Below are positions 38,745-48,162 of a DNA stretch of 57,375 bases, in pieces. Within the stretch, counting starts at the first letter, position 1, and each line of letters begins with the position of its first letter. Where the stretch lies: positions 1 to 57,375 of the forward strand of contig JAFAEH010000150.1 in the NCBI GenBank assembly GCA_023424135.1, given 5' to 3'. A program made the position numbers and the translations under genes. Below the pieces are notes generated by a model. That model had not been told where the DNA came from and searched no databases. It worked only from the letters and a program-made list of their open reading frames with translations. This DNA comes from Actinomycetes bacterium. Its GTDB lineage: Bacteria; Actinomycetota; Actinomycetes; Actinomycetales; Cellulomonadaceae.

Positions 38745-38926
38745 TGATCCTCCTTGACGTAAACCCCCTGGTCAGAGGTGTGGGCGAAAGACTAGCAGCA
38801 GTAGCCCATCATCCAGTATGACTATTGTCACTCGACTTGTTGCGTGTGATCGTCCTCCATGGATGCCCGTGCGGCGGGTGCCCGGGTTGGGGTGGATCGC
38901 GTTGGTGCGGCTGCTGGTCGGTCTAG

Positions 38927-39180
38927 GGATCCTTCTATGTTCGTCAAGCCGGGCTGGGGGTGGGGTCGGCGGCGTTGAGGAGCCGGTAGATCTGCCCGGC
39001 CAGGTAGCGCTTGAGGCAGCGGCGGATCTCGCGGGCGGTGAGCCCCTCGGCAGTGCGCCGTTCGACGTAGGCGCGGGTGGCCGGGTCGTGCACCATGCGA
39101 GTGATGGTCGCCGTGTGCAGGCGGCCAGGACGCTGGCCGCGCCCCGCCCGGCAGCGCAGCACCACCTCGCGCTCGTGAGT
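38927..39180 (-). pseudogene. IS110-family transposase 3' remnant with element end
   Basis: RM.HDPATRAYVERRTAEG..REIRRCLKRY..IYRLL followed by TTGACGAACATAGAAGGATC; N-terminal domains absent. Confidence 0.8.
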
Positions 39181-39254
39181 GCGGCGTGATGTCCGACGCA
39201 TGTTGGCTCTTGCAAGAGGCTCGCGTTCCGCACATATAGTCCCAGGAGGTCATC

Positions 39255-39878
39255 ATGAGAACGATGCGCAGTAGGGCGGTAGGCGCCGTAGTAATCCTCG
39301 GTGGGCTCGTGCTGGGCGCGTGCAGCGCACCCGACGAGGCGGTCGCCTCGCCTCCCGGTAGCGGCTCGACATCCTCCGCCCCTCCGGCCATCCACAGTGC
39401 GCCCACGGATGCGGCGACCGACGACCCGGAGCCGCTCGCGGCGGGGGTCGTGGTCGGCGCGGACCGACGTGAGGAGGTCGAGGCCGCCGGTATGCGTGTG
39501 ATCTGGCTCAGCCAGACCGAGGGAGTCGTGGTCGACCCTGCCCAGCCGCTGCCCGACGCCGCCCGCGCCCAGGTCGCTGAGTCCGCCGCGGCGGCGGTCG
39601 CCGGCACCGACGGCCTGAGCCGCGTCAGTGCCGCAGTGGATGCCGCCTCGCGCGCGGGTAGCCGGACCGGCCGTCAGATCGCCCTCGTGATCGGGGACAT
39701 CGGTGATCACGAGCAGTGGGGTGCGGCGGCGAGCCTGGGTATCCAGGACCCGCGCTCGCAGGAGCTGGGGCACGCCTCGCTGACCGGCACGGCGGACGAG
39801 GCGGTCCGGGCTGCCGAGGCATGGATCGCCTCGCAGCCCGACGCGGCGATGTGGGACATCGTGCTGATCAGCGAGTGA
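39255..39878 (+). CDS. Lipoprotein, paralogue of 47542-48162
   Basis: Lipobox LGAC-SAPDEAV; AGGAGGT RBS. Confidence 0.75.
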   Translation: MRTMRSRAVGAVVILGGLVLGACSAPDEAVASPPGSGSTSSAPPAIHSAPTDAATDDPEPLAAGVVVGADRREEVEAAGMRVIWLSQTEGVVVDPAQPLPDAARAQVAESAAAAVAGTDGLSRVSAAVDAASRAGSRTGRQIALVIGDIGDHEQWGAAASLGIQDPRSQELGHASLTGTADEAVRAAEAWIASQPDAAMWDIVLISE

Positions 39879-39879
39879 C

Positions 39880-42357
39880 CTACCCGGCCGGCACCGTCAC
39901 CCACGCGGTGGTGAGCCAGTCGGATGCCCTACCAAGGTAGATCGCGCGCACGCGCCACCGGAAGTCGGCCACGACGGCGGGGCTGATCGTCGTCGTGATG
40001 ACGTGCCTCCCCGTGCCGGCGTCGGGCGTGATCGGCGGGGCCCACGCCTGTAGTGCACCCGCGTGTGGTGCGCCCCAGATTCGGTCGCGCGTCGTGATCT
40101 CGGCCTCGTAGCTGATCGCGCCCGCCATCCTGCAGATCTCGACCGCGGCCACCAGGCTGCCCGCCGTGAGGTTCGTGCGCGGCGTCGCGCAGGCCGGGGC
40201 GAGGATCGGCGGGGGATCGATGGTGGCTGAGCACGGTGCGCTGCTCCGCGTCGCCGAGCGCTCGATCCGACTGAAGCCGTCCGTGCGCGCGGCAGTCTCG
40301 CTGCGGTAGGCCTGGGCGGAGTACGTGCCTGCGCCACTGGCGCTCTGGGCCTGACGGTAGACCCAGCCCGTCGAGCCGCTGCTGCGCGTCCACGCGATCG
40401 TTGCCGGCGCGTAGCCGGACACCGTCCCGGTGCACGTCGGCGCAGCGAAATCGGGCACGGCCGGTGGCTCCAGGACGCCCGTCGTCGTGCCGCACTCGCC
40501 GCCCCACGGGCCCCAGATGCCAGCCTCGCCGCCACCGTCGGCTGCGGCCTGACCGCGCCACGAGTGCGCGGTGCTGTGCGGCAGCGGGTCGTAAACGGCG
40601 CCCCTGCCCAGGATCGTCCCCAGCGGCACGGGGGATGAGCCGGCACCCTCGCCCCGGGCGCCGCTGCGCCACGTCAGCCGTGTGCGGTACGCCGACCCGC
40701 CGGCGACATCGGCAGTGTGCACGCGTGCGGATCTAGTCTCGGCACCCGCCACGAGCTCGACGGAGCAGGCGGGCGCGTCGGGGTAGGTGAGTCGCTGCGT
40801 GGCCGCGCCCGGTCCGGTCAGGCCGCCTGCTGATGGCGTGATGGACCACGTGCCGACCGCTCCGCGCGGTGCGCTCGCGTCGTCCATGCTGGTGCTCGCC
40901 GTGGTGCCGAGCGCCGTGCCCGTGCTGGTGCGCGCGACGGCGTACCGCGTCGCAGCGCGAGCTGCGTCGGCATACGCGCCGGTCCAGGCGCTGGCCGTCC
41001 AGGACACGGTGATCCGGGCGTCCCAGGCCGAGCCCGGGTCGTCCACCGACCCCTGCACGGGCTGCCGCGCTGCGGTCAGGTCCGTGACGGCGGGGGGTGC
41101 CGACCAGGCCGATGCCTCGGCGCTGAGAGTTCGCCGCACTCCGCCCGTCGGCAGTACCGCAGACGCCGCCGTGCCCGCGTTCAGCGTCCTCGTCTGGTTG
41201 GCCTCGGTGCAGCGCAGGCTGACGGTGGCGCAGCGCTCCCAGCGGTTGACCGGCACGACGAGGTAGCTGTGCGCATGTCCGCGCCCTGTGGCGTCGGTCC
41301 AAGTCGTTCCGGTGCGTTCTACCGCGACGAGCACGCCGTCGCGGTAGATGTCGTAGCTGTCCGCACCGGCCACGGCTGGCCAGTCGACCCGGATCGCAGT
41401 CGTCTGGCCCGTCGCTGTCGCCGTCGTCGCGGTCGGTCTGCGCCCCGTCGCGACCTGATTCGAGGTCGGCCCCTGGCGCCCGTCGGTGGTCGTGGCGCGC
41501 AGGAGGTAGCGAGCCGTCCAGCCCCTCGCGAGTGAGACGTCGCGGTAGGAACTCTCGGTGGCTGGCAGCGTGATGAGCGCCTGCCAGGTCGTCGATGCGG
41601 GCTCACCTTCGGCGTAGGCGATGCGATAGAGCGTGTAGTTCTGCGTCAGCGCGTGCGTCGGGTCGGTCCAGGCGAGAACCGGCGCGTCGACGCCCTCATG
41701 TGGCGTGACCACCTCGAGCAGCGGGCTCCTGGGGTCGCCAGCATTCTGTCCGCCGCCGCTGGTGCCGGTGCGCTGGGACAGCGCCGCGCCCGAGGCGATC
41801 GTGCGTTGCTTCGCATCGCGGGGGTAGGCGGGGGTCGCGGTGAGCGACCAGGCGACCCGGGCGACGTCATCGGCGCGAACGGGCGCGGTCAGCGGTGTAC
41901 TTGTCGAGGTCTTGCTGAAGTACGTGAACGGCTCGAGGTCGTCGAGGTGCCGCACGACAGTGAGCTCCGCACGCTCGCCGCCCGTGTCGGCGCAGGCGGG
42001 GTCGCCGGTTGCGGAGTCGGCTTGCACGAAGGTCGTCCGGGCCACGGTGAGCGAGCCGTCTGCGGCGGTCCAGGCGGTCCGGACGCAGGCGCCGTCGCGC
42101 ACGACCTCGAGGGTGAGGCTGGATGACGTCGCATCGATGACCTGCCGGGCGTCCTGCACGTCGCGCAGCAGCTGCGTACTGGCGGACTCGAGCTCGCCCA
42201 TGGTCGTCGTGGAGGAGCCGCTGGTCATCATCAGCCGGCCGCCCCAGATCACGAGCTGCACGCCGGTGGCTGCGATCAGGGTGGCGATGAGCATGGCGAC
42301 GAGCAGCTCGGCGAGCGACAGGCCCGCGTCGGATCGGGTGCGGTGCGTGGGCGGCAT
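39880..42357 (-). CDS. Type IV prepilin-like protein fused to fibronectin-III-like repeats
   Basis: Class III signal DAG|LSLAELLVAMLI (Glu at +5); WPAVAGADSYDIYRDG...WTD...HSYLVVPVN FN3-like units. Confidence 0.8.
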   Translation of the reverse strand: MPPTHRTRSDAGLSLAELLVAMLIATLIAATGVQLVIWGGRLMMTSGSSTTTMGELESASTQLLRDVQDARQVIDATSSSLTLEVVRDGACVRTAWTAADGSLTVARTTFVQADSATGDPACADTGGERAELTVVRHLDDLEPFTYFSKTSTSTPLTAPVRADDVARVAWSLTATPAYPRDAKQRTIASGAALSQRTGTSGGGQNAGDPRSPLLEVVTPHEGVDAPVLAWTDPTHALTQNYTLYRIAYAEGEPASTTWQALITLPATESSYRDVSLARGWTARYLLRATTTDGRQGPTSNQVATGRRPTATTATATGQTTAIRVDWPAVAGADSYDIYRDGVLVAVERTGTTWTDATGRGHAHSYLVVPVNRWERCATVSLRCTEANQTRTLNAGTAASAVLPTGGVRRTLSAEASAWSAPPAVTDLTAARQPVQGSVDDPGSAWDARITVSWTASAWTGAYADAARAATRYAVARTSTGTALGTTASTSMDDASAPRGAVGTWSITPSAGGLTGPGAATQRLTYPDAPACSVELVAGAETRSARVHTADVAGGSAYRTRLTWRSGARGEGAGSSPVPLGTILGRGAVYDPLPHSTAHSWRGQAAADGGGEAGIWGPWGGECGTTTGVLEPPAVPDFAAPTCTGTVSGYAPATIAWTRSSGSTGWVYRQAQSASGAGTYSAQAYRSETAARTDGFSRIERSATRSSAPCSATIDPPPILAPACATPRTNLTAGSLVAAVEICRMAGAISYEAEITTRDRIWGAPHAGALQAWAPPITPDAGTGRHVITTTISPAVVADFRWRVRAIYLGRASDWLTTAWVTVPAG

Positions 42358-42429
42358 GGGTACCTCCGTAGGTAGATGAGAACGACTCCCACCTACCTGA
42401 CATGCGCCGGATCGGCCCGCGCCCGCGCC

Positions 42430-42711
42430 CTACCCCTCCCGCGGGCCTTCCTTGGCGGCGAGTTTGGCTGCCGATCGCTCCGCCCACGCCGTCGCCCAGG
42501 CGCGGATCGTGCGTTCGTCCCAGACGGGCAGGCCGGACTCGTCGTAGGCCACCGCGTCGTCGAGGTTCCGCACGGGAGCGGGCATGCCGCCACGTCCGCG
42601 GACTTGCATCGAGGTCAACTCGTTCGAGCGGATCGGACGCAGGCGAGGGTCCGCATCGTGCCGCGCACGGTTGACAACCTCGCGGATCTGAATCATCTGG
42701 ATCAAACCCAT
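42430..42711 (-). CDS. Small AlpA/MerR-like DNA-binding protein, candidate repressor
   Basis: MPAPV...PVWDERTIRAW; GGAGGT RBS; divergent from the operator block. Confidence 0.55.
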   Translation of the reverse strand: MGLIQMIQIREVVNRARHDADPRLRPIRSNELTSMQVRGRGGMPAPVRNLDDAVAYDESGLPVWDERTIRAWATAWAERSAAKLAAKEGPREG

Positions 42712-42847
42712 GTCTCACCTCCGTGTTTGTACTGACTTTGGCCGCGTCGAGGGTAGCAGTGACAGCATCAGTGCTGCTAGATGCACAGCATCGTTGCTGT
42801 CATATTCACCCGATCGGGTGAAGTTTCGAGAAGTCACCCGGGGCCTG

Positions 42848-42926
42848 TTGACAGCACTACAACTGTCAGGGATCGTGGAGGAGTCGGACAGCACATCTGC
42901 TGTCAGACCGGGGCGGTGGATGACCG
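42848..42926 (+). promoter_or_regulatory. Promoter/operator block, copy 2
   Basis: Repeat of 7314-7392; an extra ACAGCA-N4-TGCTGT palindrome at ~42785-42800. Confidence 0.75.
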
Positions 42927-42965
42927 TCACGACGACAGCAGGACCCTTAACAGAGGAGCAGGGAC

Positions 42966-43160
42966 ATGCAGGGACACACGGCATGCAGGGACTCGCTGGC
43001 CACGAGAGTCGACCGCCGGGGCGCACGCGCCCGCCGCCACCAGCTGGAGCAGCGTCGCGAGCACGACGGCCTCCGCCAGATCGAGCGTGACGGGCAGCTC
43101 ATCGAGCTGGCGCGCCGGCCTCGCGTCCGCCACACCGCCACCACCGGGTGGGCCGCCTGA
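42966..43160 (+). CDS. Small hypothetical protein
   Basis: GAGGAG RBS; first of a chain of TGATG/ATGA-coupled ORFs. Confidence 0.5.
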   Translation: MQGHTACRDSLATRVDRRGARARRHQLEQRREHDGLRQIERDGQLIELARRPRVRHTATTGWAA

Positions 43161-43378
43161 TGGCCGGCAAGCGCCCGGAGGGGCGAGTCGTGGCATGGGA
43201 GGTCATGGCGCCTCTGCAGCGGGCTCGCCTGCGGGCGGACAACGCCCTGGCCGGGATGCGGGAGGCCGAGGCGAAGGGCGACACGCAGCGCTTCGGGCTG
43301 TACGCCGCCGCGTACGTCAACGCGAGGCGAGACGAGCGTGCCGCGCTCGGACTGAGCACGCCGGCGGGGGTGGCCTGA
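43160..43378 (+). CDS. Small hypothetical protein
   Basis: TGATG overlaps at both ends. Confidence 0.55.
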   Translation: MAGKRPEGRVVAWEVMAPLQRARLRADNALAGMREAEAKGDTQRFGLYAAAYVNARRDERAALGLSTPAGVA

Positions 43379-43470
43379 TGGACGCCACTACGGCCATGGC
43401 GGTCTACAGCGTCCTCAGCATCGTCCTCAGCATCGTCGGCGCGGTCGTCACGAGGGCGGTGCGGCGATGA
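43378..43470 (+). CDS. 30-aa single-TM peptide MDATTAMAVYSVLSIVLSIVGAVVTRAVRR
   Basis: Coupled by TGATG and ATGA overlaps. Confidence 0.5.
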   Translation: MDATTAMAVYSVLSIVLSIVGAVVTRAVRR

Positions 43471-43670
43471 CCACCGCAGACGCGCTCGAGCAGGCCGAGC
43501 GGCACCTGAAGCAGGCCCGCGCCGCGTCGCTGGCGCACGACCAGCGGGCGATGGTCCAGCACCTCGTCGCGGCCCGTCGGGCGAGCCGGTGGGTCATCGA
43601 GCACGGGCCGAACCCCGACGACGCCCACCGTGCCCGGCAGGTCGCGATGGCCGAGCTCATCGCCGCCTGA
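43467..43670 (+). CDS. Small hypothetical protein
   Basis: ATGA overlap. Confidence 0.55.
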   Translation: MTTADALEQAERHLKQARAASLAHDQRAMVQHLVAARRASRWVIEHGPNPDDAHRARQVAMAELIAA

Positions 43671-43756
43671 CCGCATCCGCACATCTTGGTAGCAGCACCC
43701 CACCCCGCGTGTGCGGGGGTTCACCACACACTGCCAGAGCACCCAGGAGATGCCTG

Positions 43757-44524
43757 ATGACCCAGTCCCGGCCGAGTTTCGGCCAGATCGCCACTATCGC
43801 CGTCATGCTCGGCCTGGCGGCGCTCGCCTTCGCGACGACCTTCGATGCGTTGGTCTGGGTGGGCGAACTCAGCGGGCACGGCGTCACGGCTGCGCGCCGC
43901 GTGCCCTGGCTCATCGAGGGCACCACGCTGGTGGCGGCGCTCGCGTGGGTGCAGGCTCGCCGTCGCGGTGAGCGCGGCCTGGAGTGGATGTGGACCGTGG
44001 GCGGCTCGGTCTTGCTCTCCGGCATCGTGCAGCTCGCGAACGCTCTTGTGCACGGAGCGCAGTTCGGACTGACCCCCGCGCAGGTCGCGCTGGTCGAGCG
44101 AGTCGTCGCGGTCGTGATGGCACCCGTGCCGAGCGTGCTGCTCCTGATCGCCCTGCACGCGGCCTTTGAGCTCATGCTCGGGCGCGCGCCTGCTCGCCGA
44201 CCGGCTCGTAGCCGTGCTCGCAGCGTCGTCACGACCACGCCCGACGCCTCAGCCAAGCCGCGGGCGACGGCGCCTGCGGCGCCCACCACCGCCGATCCCG
44301 CCGCCACCACGACGCAGGCTCGCGCACCGCGCAAAGCGGGCCCGTCGCGCTCCGCGCTGACGGCGGAGCAGGTCGCGGAGGTCGCCCGCCTGACTGCTGA
44401 CGGACTCGGCCAGCGGGCCATCGCCGAGCAGGTCGGCAGCACCAAGAGCAGCGTCGCTCGGGCTCAGGCAGCACTCCGCGCCGAGAACGGCGACGAGCCC
44501 CGTCCCGCACTGCACGCGGTCTGA
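43757..44524 (+). CDS. SpdA/DUF2637-like membrane protein with C-terminal HTH
   Basis: Four TMs (AFATTFDAL...PWLIEG...ANA...APVPSV) plus GLGQRAIAEQVGSTKSSV; AGGAG RBS. Confidence 0.72.
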   Translation: MTQSRPSFGQIATIAVMLGLAALAFATTFDALVWVGELSGHGVTAARRVPWLIEGTTLVAALAWVQARRRGERGLEWMWTVGGSVLLSGIVQLANALVHGAQFGLTPAQVALVERVVAVVMAPVPSVLLLIALHAAFELMLGRAPARRPARSRARSVVTTTPDASAKPRATAPAAPTTADPAATTTQARAPRKAGPSRSALTAEQVAEVARLTADGLGQRAIAEQVGSTKSSVARAQAALRAENGDEPRPALHAV

Positions 44525-44526
44525 CC

Positions 44527-44808
44527 ATGATGGCAGTAACCCGCCCGCTCATGACCCCGCGCCAGCTCGGCGCCGCGGTGCGCGAGCGCCGGCTCGCAGC
44601 CGGCCTCACCCAGGCCGACCTCGCCTCACGGGCGGGGGTGTCGCGCCGCTTCGTCAGCGAGCTCGAGCGCGGCGAGCGCGGTGGTGACCGCACGGGCCGT
44701 CTGGTATGGGTGCTGCGTGAACTCGGGGCGGCCATCACGATCGTCGACCACGCATACCGGACTGTCGAGGAGCAACTCTGCGAAATCCTCGGCTACCAGC
44801 ACTCGTGA
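44527..44808 (+). CDS. XRE-family HTH regulator
   Basis: RERRLAAGLTQADLASRAGVSRRFVSELERG. Confidence 0.88.
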   Translation: MMAVTRPLMTPRQLGAAVRERRLAAGLTQADLASRAGVSRRFVSELERGERGGDRTGRLVWVLRELGAAITIVDHAYRTVEEQLCEILGYQHS

Positions 44809-45833
44809 GATGACGGATCGGTGCGTTCGGCGGCGCTGAGTGCCATGTGGCATCGGGCGCACATCAGGCTGTCGTCCGTGCAACCGCACGTCCCGCAGGC
44901 CGGGCACCTCAGCTCCTCGCAGCTGCCACAACGCGACCTAGCCTCGTTGGTGCTGAACTCTTCGTCGCAAGCAGGGTTGGCGCACTGGTGGGTCTGCGTG
45001 GACCACGAAGGTCGGGCGCGGCGACTGATCGGGCGGATGACAGCGAATGCGTACCTGCCGGACTCGTCGATGCAGACGTCTGCCCGCAGGGCGTCCTGGA
45101 CGGCGCCAGAGCCTGCGACCAGGCCCGGACGCAACTCACCAGATGCCCTACCTTCATTGCTGCTCGCCATCTCGACGAGTGACGTCAGGCCAGGCTGCGC
45201 GGCATCGCGACGCGGAGCCCACATCGTGCCGGCTGCCCGCGCGAACACCACGACACCGTCGAGATTGCACACCACCACGACGACGTCGTGGGTCGACCCC
45301 GCCGCACGCAGCGCGTGGTAGGCCAGTGCCGAGCGGGACGCCGTCGGCACCTTGCGTTGTGCATCGCGCAGCGACCGCGCCGTCACGTCATCGGCCCCGA
45401 AGTCGACCAGCCGCTCGGGCACGAGCACCTGGGCTGCGAGCGCATCTGCGACGCCCTCGTCCACACGGTCCACCACAGACGCGGGGAGCATGAGCCAGAC
45501 ATCGGCCCAGTCGAGGTTGGTGCGCTGCAGGTGATGGCCCAGCTCGTGGAGCACGGTGAAGCGGTCACGGGCCGCAGTCGCAGATGGGTGCAGGACGATG
45601 GTGGGAGGCTTCGTGCGGTGGTCGTAGTACCCGTCCACGAGGCAGCCGGCGGAGTACAGCGGGTCAACTCGGACCGCAACCTCGCCTGCTTCGTGGATCT
45701 CTGCGGCGGGGTCGGCACGTAGTCGATCGAGGTCGTACACCCCGCGGGCCTCTTCCACCTCAAGCAGCGCCTGGGCGATCGCACGGTAGTCATGGGCGCC
45801 CGCCAGGGCCTCGAAGTCCACGGGGTCACCCAA
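44793..45833 (-). CDS. ImmA/IrrE-family metallopeptidase with C-terminal Cys-rich Zn finger
   Basis: RDRFTVLHELGH (HExxH); ADALAAQVLVP; multiple CxxC at the C-terminus. Confidence 0.85.
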   Translation of the reverse strand: MGDPVDFEALAGAHDYRAIAQALLEVEEARGVYDLDRLRADPAAEIHEAGEVAVRVDPLYSAGCLVDGYYDHRTKPPTIVLHPSATAARDRFTVLHELGHHLQRTNLDWADVWLMLPASVVDRVDEGVADALAAQVLVPERLVDFGADDVTARSLRDAQRKVPTASRSALAYHALRAAGSTHDVVVVVCNLDGVVVFARAAGTMWAPRRDAAQPGLTSLVEMASSNEGRASGELRPGLVAGSGAVQDALRADVCIDESGRYAFAVIRPISRRARPSWSTQTHQCANPACDEEFSTNEARSRCGSCEELRCPACGTCGCTDDSLMCARCHMALSAAERTDPSSHECW

Positions 45834-45840
45834 CGGGCTG

Positions 45841-46707
45841 CTACTCCCGCAGCATGCGGTCGAACACCGCGTCGAGCCGCTGCGAGGCGTCGCCCGAGGA
45901 GCGTGCGGCGAGTGCGTACTCGGCGGCGATCCTGTCCCGAGCCTGGGACTCCCCTACCCCGAGTGCGGATGCGACCGCGAGTGTCGAGGCCTTGCGTGCG
46001 GGCTGGACCAGGAGCCTGGCGACCAGCCCCGTGCTCGCGGCGGCTGCGAGATCCTCAAGGTCCACACCCGCCGATGAGGCGAGCTGCTCGGCCTGGCTCG
46101 TCGAGAGGCTGCTCTCACCCCGGAAGGCGTGGATCGCGTCAGCCGATTCGAGTCCGAGGGTCTTGGCAACCCGCGACGGGGTCAGTTCTGCACGGCGCAG
46201 CAGGTCAGGGTCGAGCACGATGGTCCTTCCTGCCTGCGGCCACTGCCTCAGGCAGATCGACTCCCATGCCTCGATCATGTCCAGCGAGTAGTCCCGTGCG
46301 ACCTGCTCGTCCGTCGGCTCGTCGGCGAAGGGCAGCGGCGGTGGCTCGCCGTCGTCGAAGGCGTCGGCTGTGGCCGCGATCGTCTGCTGGTCGAGCATGC
46401 TCCCCAGGCGACGGTGGAGCAGCTCGATTCCGACTCCGGTCTCGCGAGATGGCCACACGTGGAGGTCGACACCGAGTGGTGTGTCGGTGACCGTGACGGC
46501 AGGTCGCGAGACGGGGTCGCCAGGCAGGCTCACGGGCCAGACCAGCACGAACCCGTCGTGCACGGAGCTGACCATCCCGAGCGCCAGCCCCGTGCCGTCC
46601 CACGACAGCAGCCAGAGGTCGCCTGCGACGGGCGCGGGCGCGTCGTCGATGCGCCAGAGTTGGGGGTCGATCCCCTGGGGCGCTTCGGTCAGTGAGATGG
46701 TTCGCAT
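45841..46707 (-). CDS. Hypothetical protein: possible PemK-like N-domain plus XRE-like HTH
   Basis: GDLWL...VLVWPVS...LHRRLGSM; LTPSRVAKTLGL...FRGE. Confidence 0.55.
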   Translation of the reverse strand: MRTISLTEAPQGIDPQLWRIDDAPAPVAGDLWLLSWDGTGLALGMVSSVHDGFVLVWPVSLPGDPVSRPAVTVTDTPLGVDLHVWPSRETGVGIELLHRRLGSMLDQQTIAATADAFDDGEPPPLPFADEPTDEQVARDYSLDMIEAWESICLRQWPQAGRTIVLDPDLLRRAELTPSRVAKTLGLESADAIHAFRGESSLSTSQAEQLASSAGVDLEDLAAAASTGLVARLLVQPARKASTLAVASALGVGESQARDRIAAEYALAARSSGDASQRLDAVFDRMLRE

Positions 46708-46710
46708 GTC

Positions 46711-47085
46711 CTACAGATGTGCGGCAGGCCGCGGCTTGTTCCGGTTGCGGTACAGGTTGAGCACGTCGGTGCGCTCGGGCTCGGGAAGTGTACACATGTA
46801 CGAGCAGAGCTCTGCGTGCCCCGTCAGGTCCTTGCGGACCGATCGGATGAACCGCAGCGTCCAGTGCCCGTTCCGCGTGAAGGTCACAGCCGAACTGGTT
46901 CCGCTGGGGAGATCGCCGGGCATCGAAGTCGAGCTGATACGAGGCAGCCCCCTCCATGCCACTGGGTCGTGAGGGGAGAGCGCGACGCACGCCACCGGGT
47001 GTGCGTCCTTGGTGTCGTTCTCATCGACCGTGGCTTCGCGGCGGACGAGGTAGACGTCGCCGTTCTCGGCGGTGCTCCCTGGCAT
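46711..47085 (-). CDS. Possible PemK/MazF-fold toxin
   Basis: GDVYLV...K..HPV.CV...RISS...C.LPE pattern; lies downstream of an RHH-like ORF. Confidence 0.5.
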   Translation of the reverse strand: MPGSTAENGDVYLVRREATVDENDTKDAHPVACVALSPHDPVAWRGLPRISSTSMPGDLPSGTSSAVTFTRNGHWTLRFIRSVRKDLTGHAELCSYMCTLPEPERTDVLNLYRNRNKPRPAAHL

Positions 47086-47198
47086 GCGGACACGCTATCT
47101 CCAGGGTGCGACAGACACCAGGTCCCCCTTGGCTGCCGTGCTCGGCCACCTCTGATGAGTGCCGAACGGCACGTGCGAACTTGGCCGCTCCGGTGCCG

Positions 47199-47357
47199 CT
47201 AGTGCTTGGCCAACGCCCGCTCGAGGTTTCGCAGCTCGCGCTCCTTGCGCTCCTTGCGCACCTCTCTGACGACCTGCTCGAGCGTCTTGCTCTCGCGCTG
47301 TGTGCGCAGCGCCAGGAGCCGGGCGCGTGTCGTCTCATCGAACCTGATCGTCGTCAC
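47199..47357 (-). CDS. 52-aa ribbon-helix-helix antitoxin-like protein (not in the ORF track)
   Basis: Hand-translated MTTIRFDETTRARLLALRTQRESKTLEQVVREVRKERKERELRNLERALAKH; GGAGGT RBS. Confidence 0.65.
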   Translation of the reverse strand: MTTIRFDETTRARLLALRTQRESKTLEQVVREVRKERKERELRNLERALAKH

Positions 47358-47541
47358 TGCTGCTCACCTCCCGCGCCGTTCATGCCATCCGACATGCGCC
47401 GACATGGGCCCCGCTTCACCCGAGACAGGTGGCTCGTCGTGCACGATTCGGGGGTCGTGCCGCACATCTGGAAGACATGAGCGCAAACGTCGCAGCCCAC
47501 CCTCTCGGGAAGGGCCCGAGAGGGTGGGACGGCGGACTGGC

Positions 47542-48162
47542 TCAGTCCGTGAGGTCGAAGACCGTCGTGCCCGGGTTTGCCGAGGCGTACGCCTGGGCGG
47601 CGGACACAGCGTCACCCTTCGAGCCGTTGGTCACCTTGGCGAACCCGGACACCAGGCGGTTCGCCATCGTTGTGTACCCAGTGATGGTGAACGACGTTCC
47701 AGAGACCTCACCCACGGCGATGATGAAGATGGCAGGGACGCCCGCCTCGTCGAGCGACAGTCGCATCGCGTACAGGTGTTCACCCTGCTCGAACATCCCT
47801 GCCGAATCGGCAACCACCCCGTCGATGGCCTCTGCGTCAGACACGACGGCCTCAGGAAGGGGTGCGGTCGGGTCGATCACGATGCCGTTGCCATCGCCGT
47901 TGGGCGAGACGTAGACCGCGACACCCGCCTCGCGAGCCGCCTCGATCTGGTCGGCCGTCACGACAGAACCGACCTCGGTGGGGATGACCACATCAGGAGT
48001 AGCCGGGTCGGTCGGCGACGGGGTCGTCGGCTCGGAGGTCGGCTCCTGGGTGGTGGTCTCGGTCGGCGTGGGCACGACCGCCTCGTCGGGGGTGCTGCAC
48101 GCGGCGAGCGTTGCCGCGAGAGCCAGCGTCGTGACGGCTCTGGTGATCGTGATGGTCTTCAT
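47542..48162 (-). CDS. Lipoprotein, paralogue of 39255-39878
   Basis: Lipobox LAAC-STPDEAV; PT-rich linker. Confidence 0.75.
   Translation of the reverse strand: MKTITITRAVTTLALAATLAACSTPDEAVVPTPTETTTQEPTSEPTTPSPTDPATPDVVIPTEVGSVVTADQIEAAREAGVAVYVSPNGDGNGIVIDPTAPLPEAVVSDAEAIDGVVADSAGMFEQGEHLYAMRLSLDEAGVPAIFIIAVGEVSGTSFTITGYTTMANRLVSGFAKVTNGSKGDAVSAAQAYASANPGTTVFDLTD

Noticed and set aside
38927..39180. Active IS110 / bridge-RNA system
   Set aside because: Only the last ~60 codons and the right end remain
47477..47914. Plus-strand ORF starting 9 nt after CCGCACAT
   Set aside because: It runs antisense through a well-supported lipoprotein gene; it may be an antisense transcript, but a protein is unsupported
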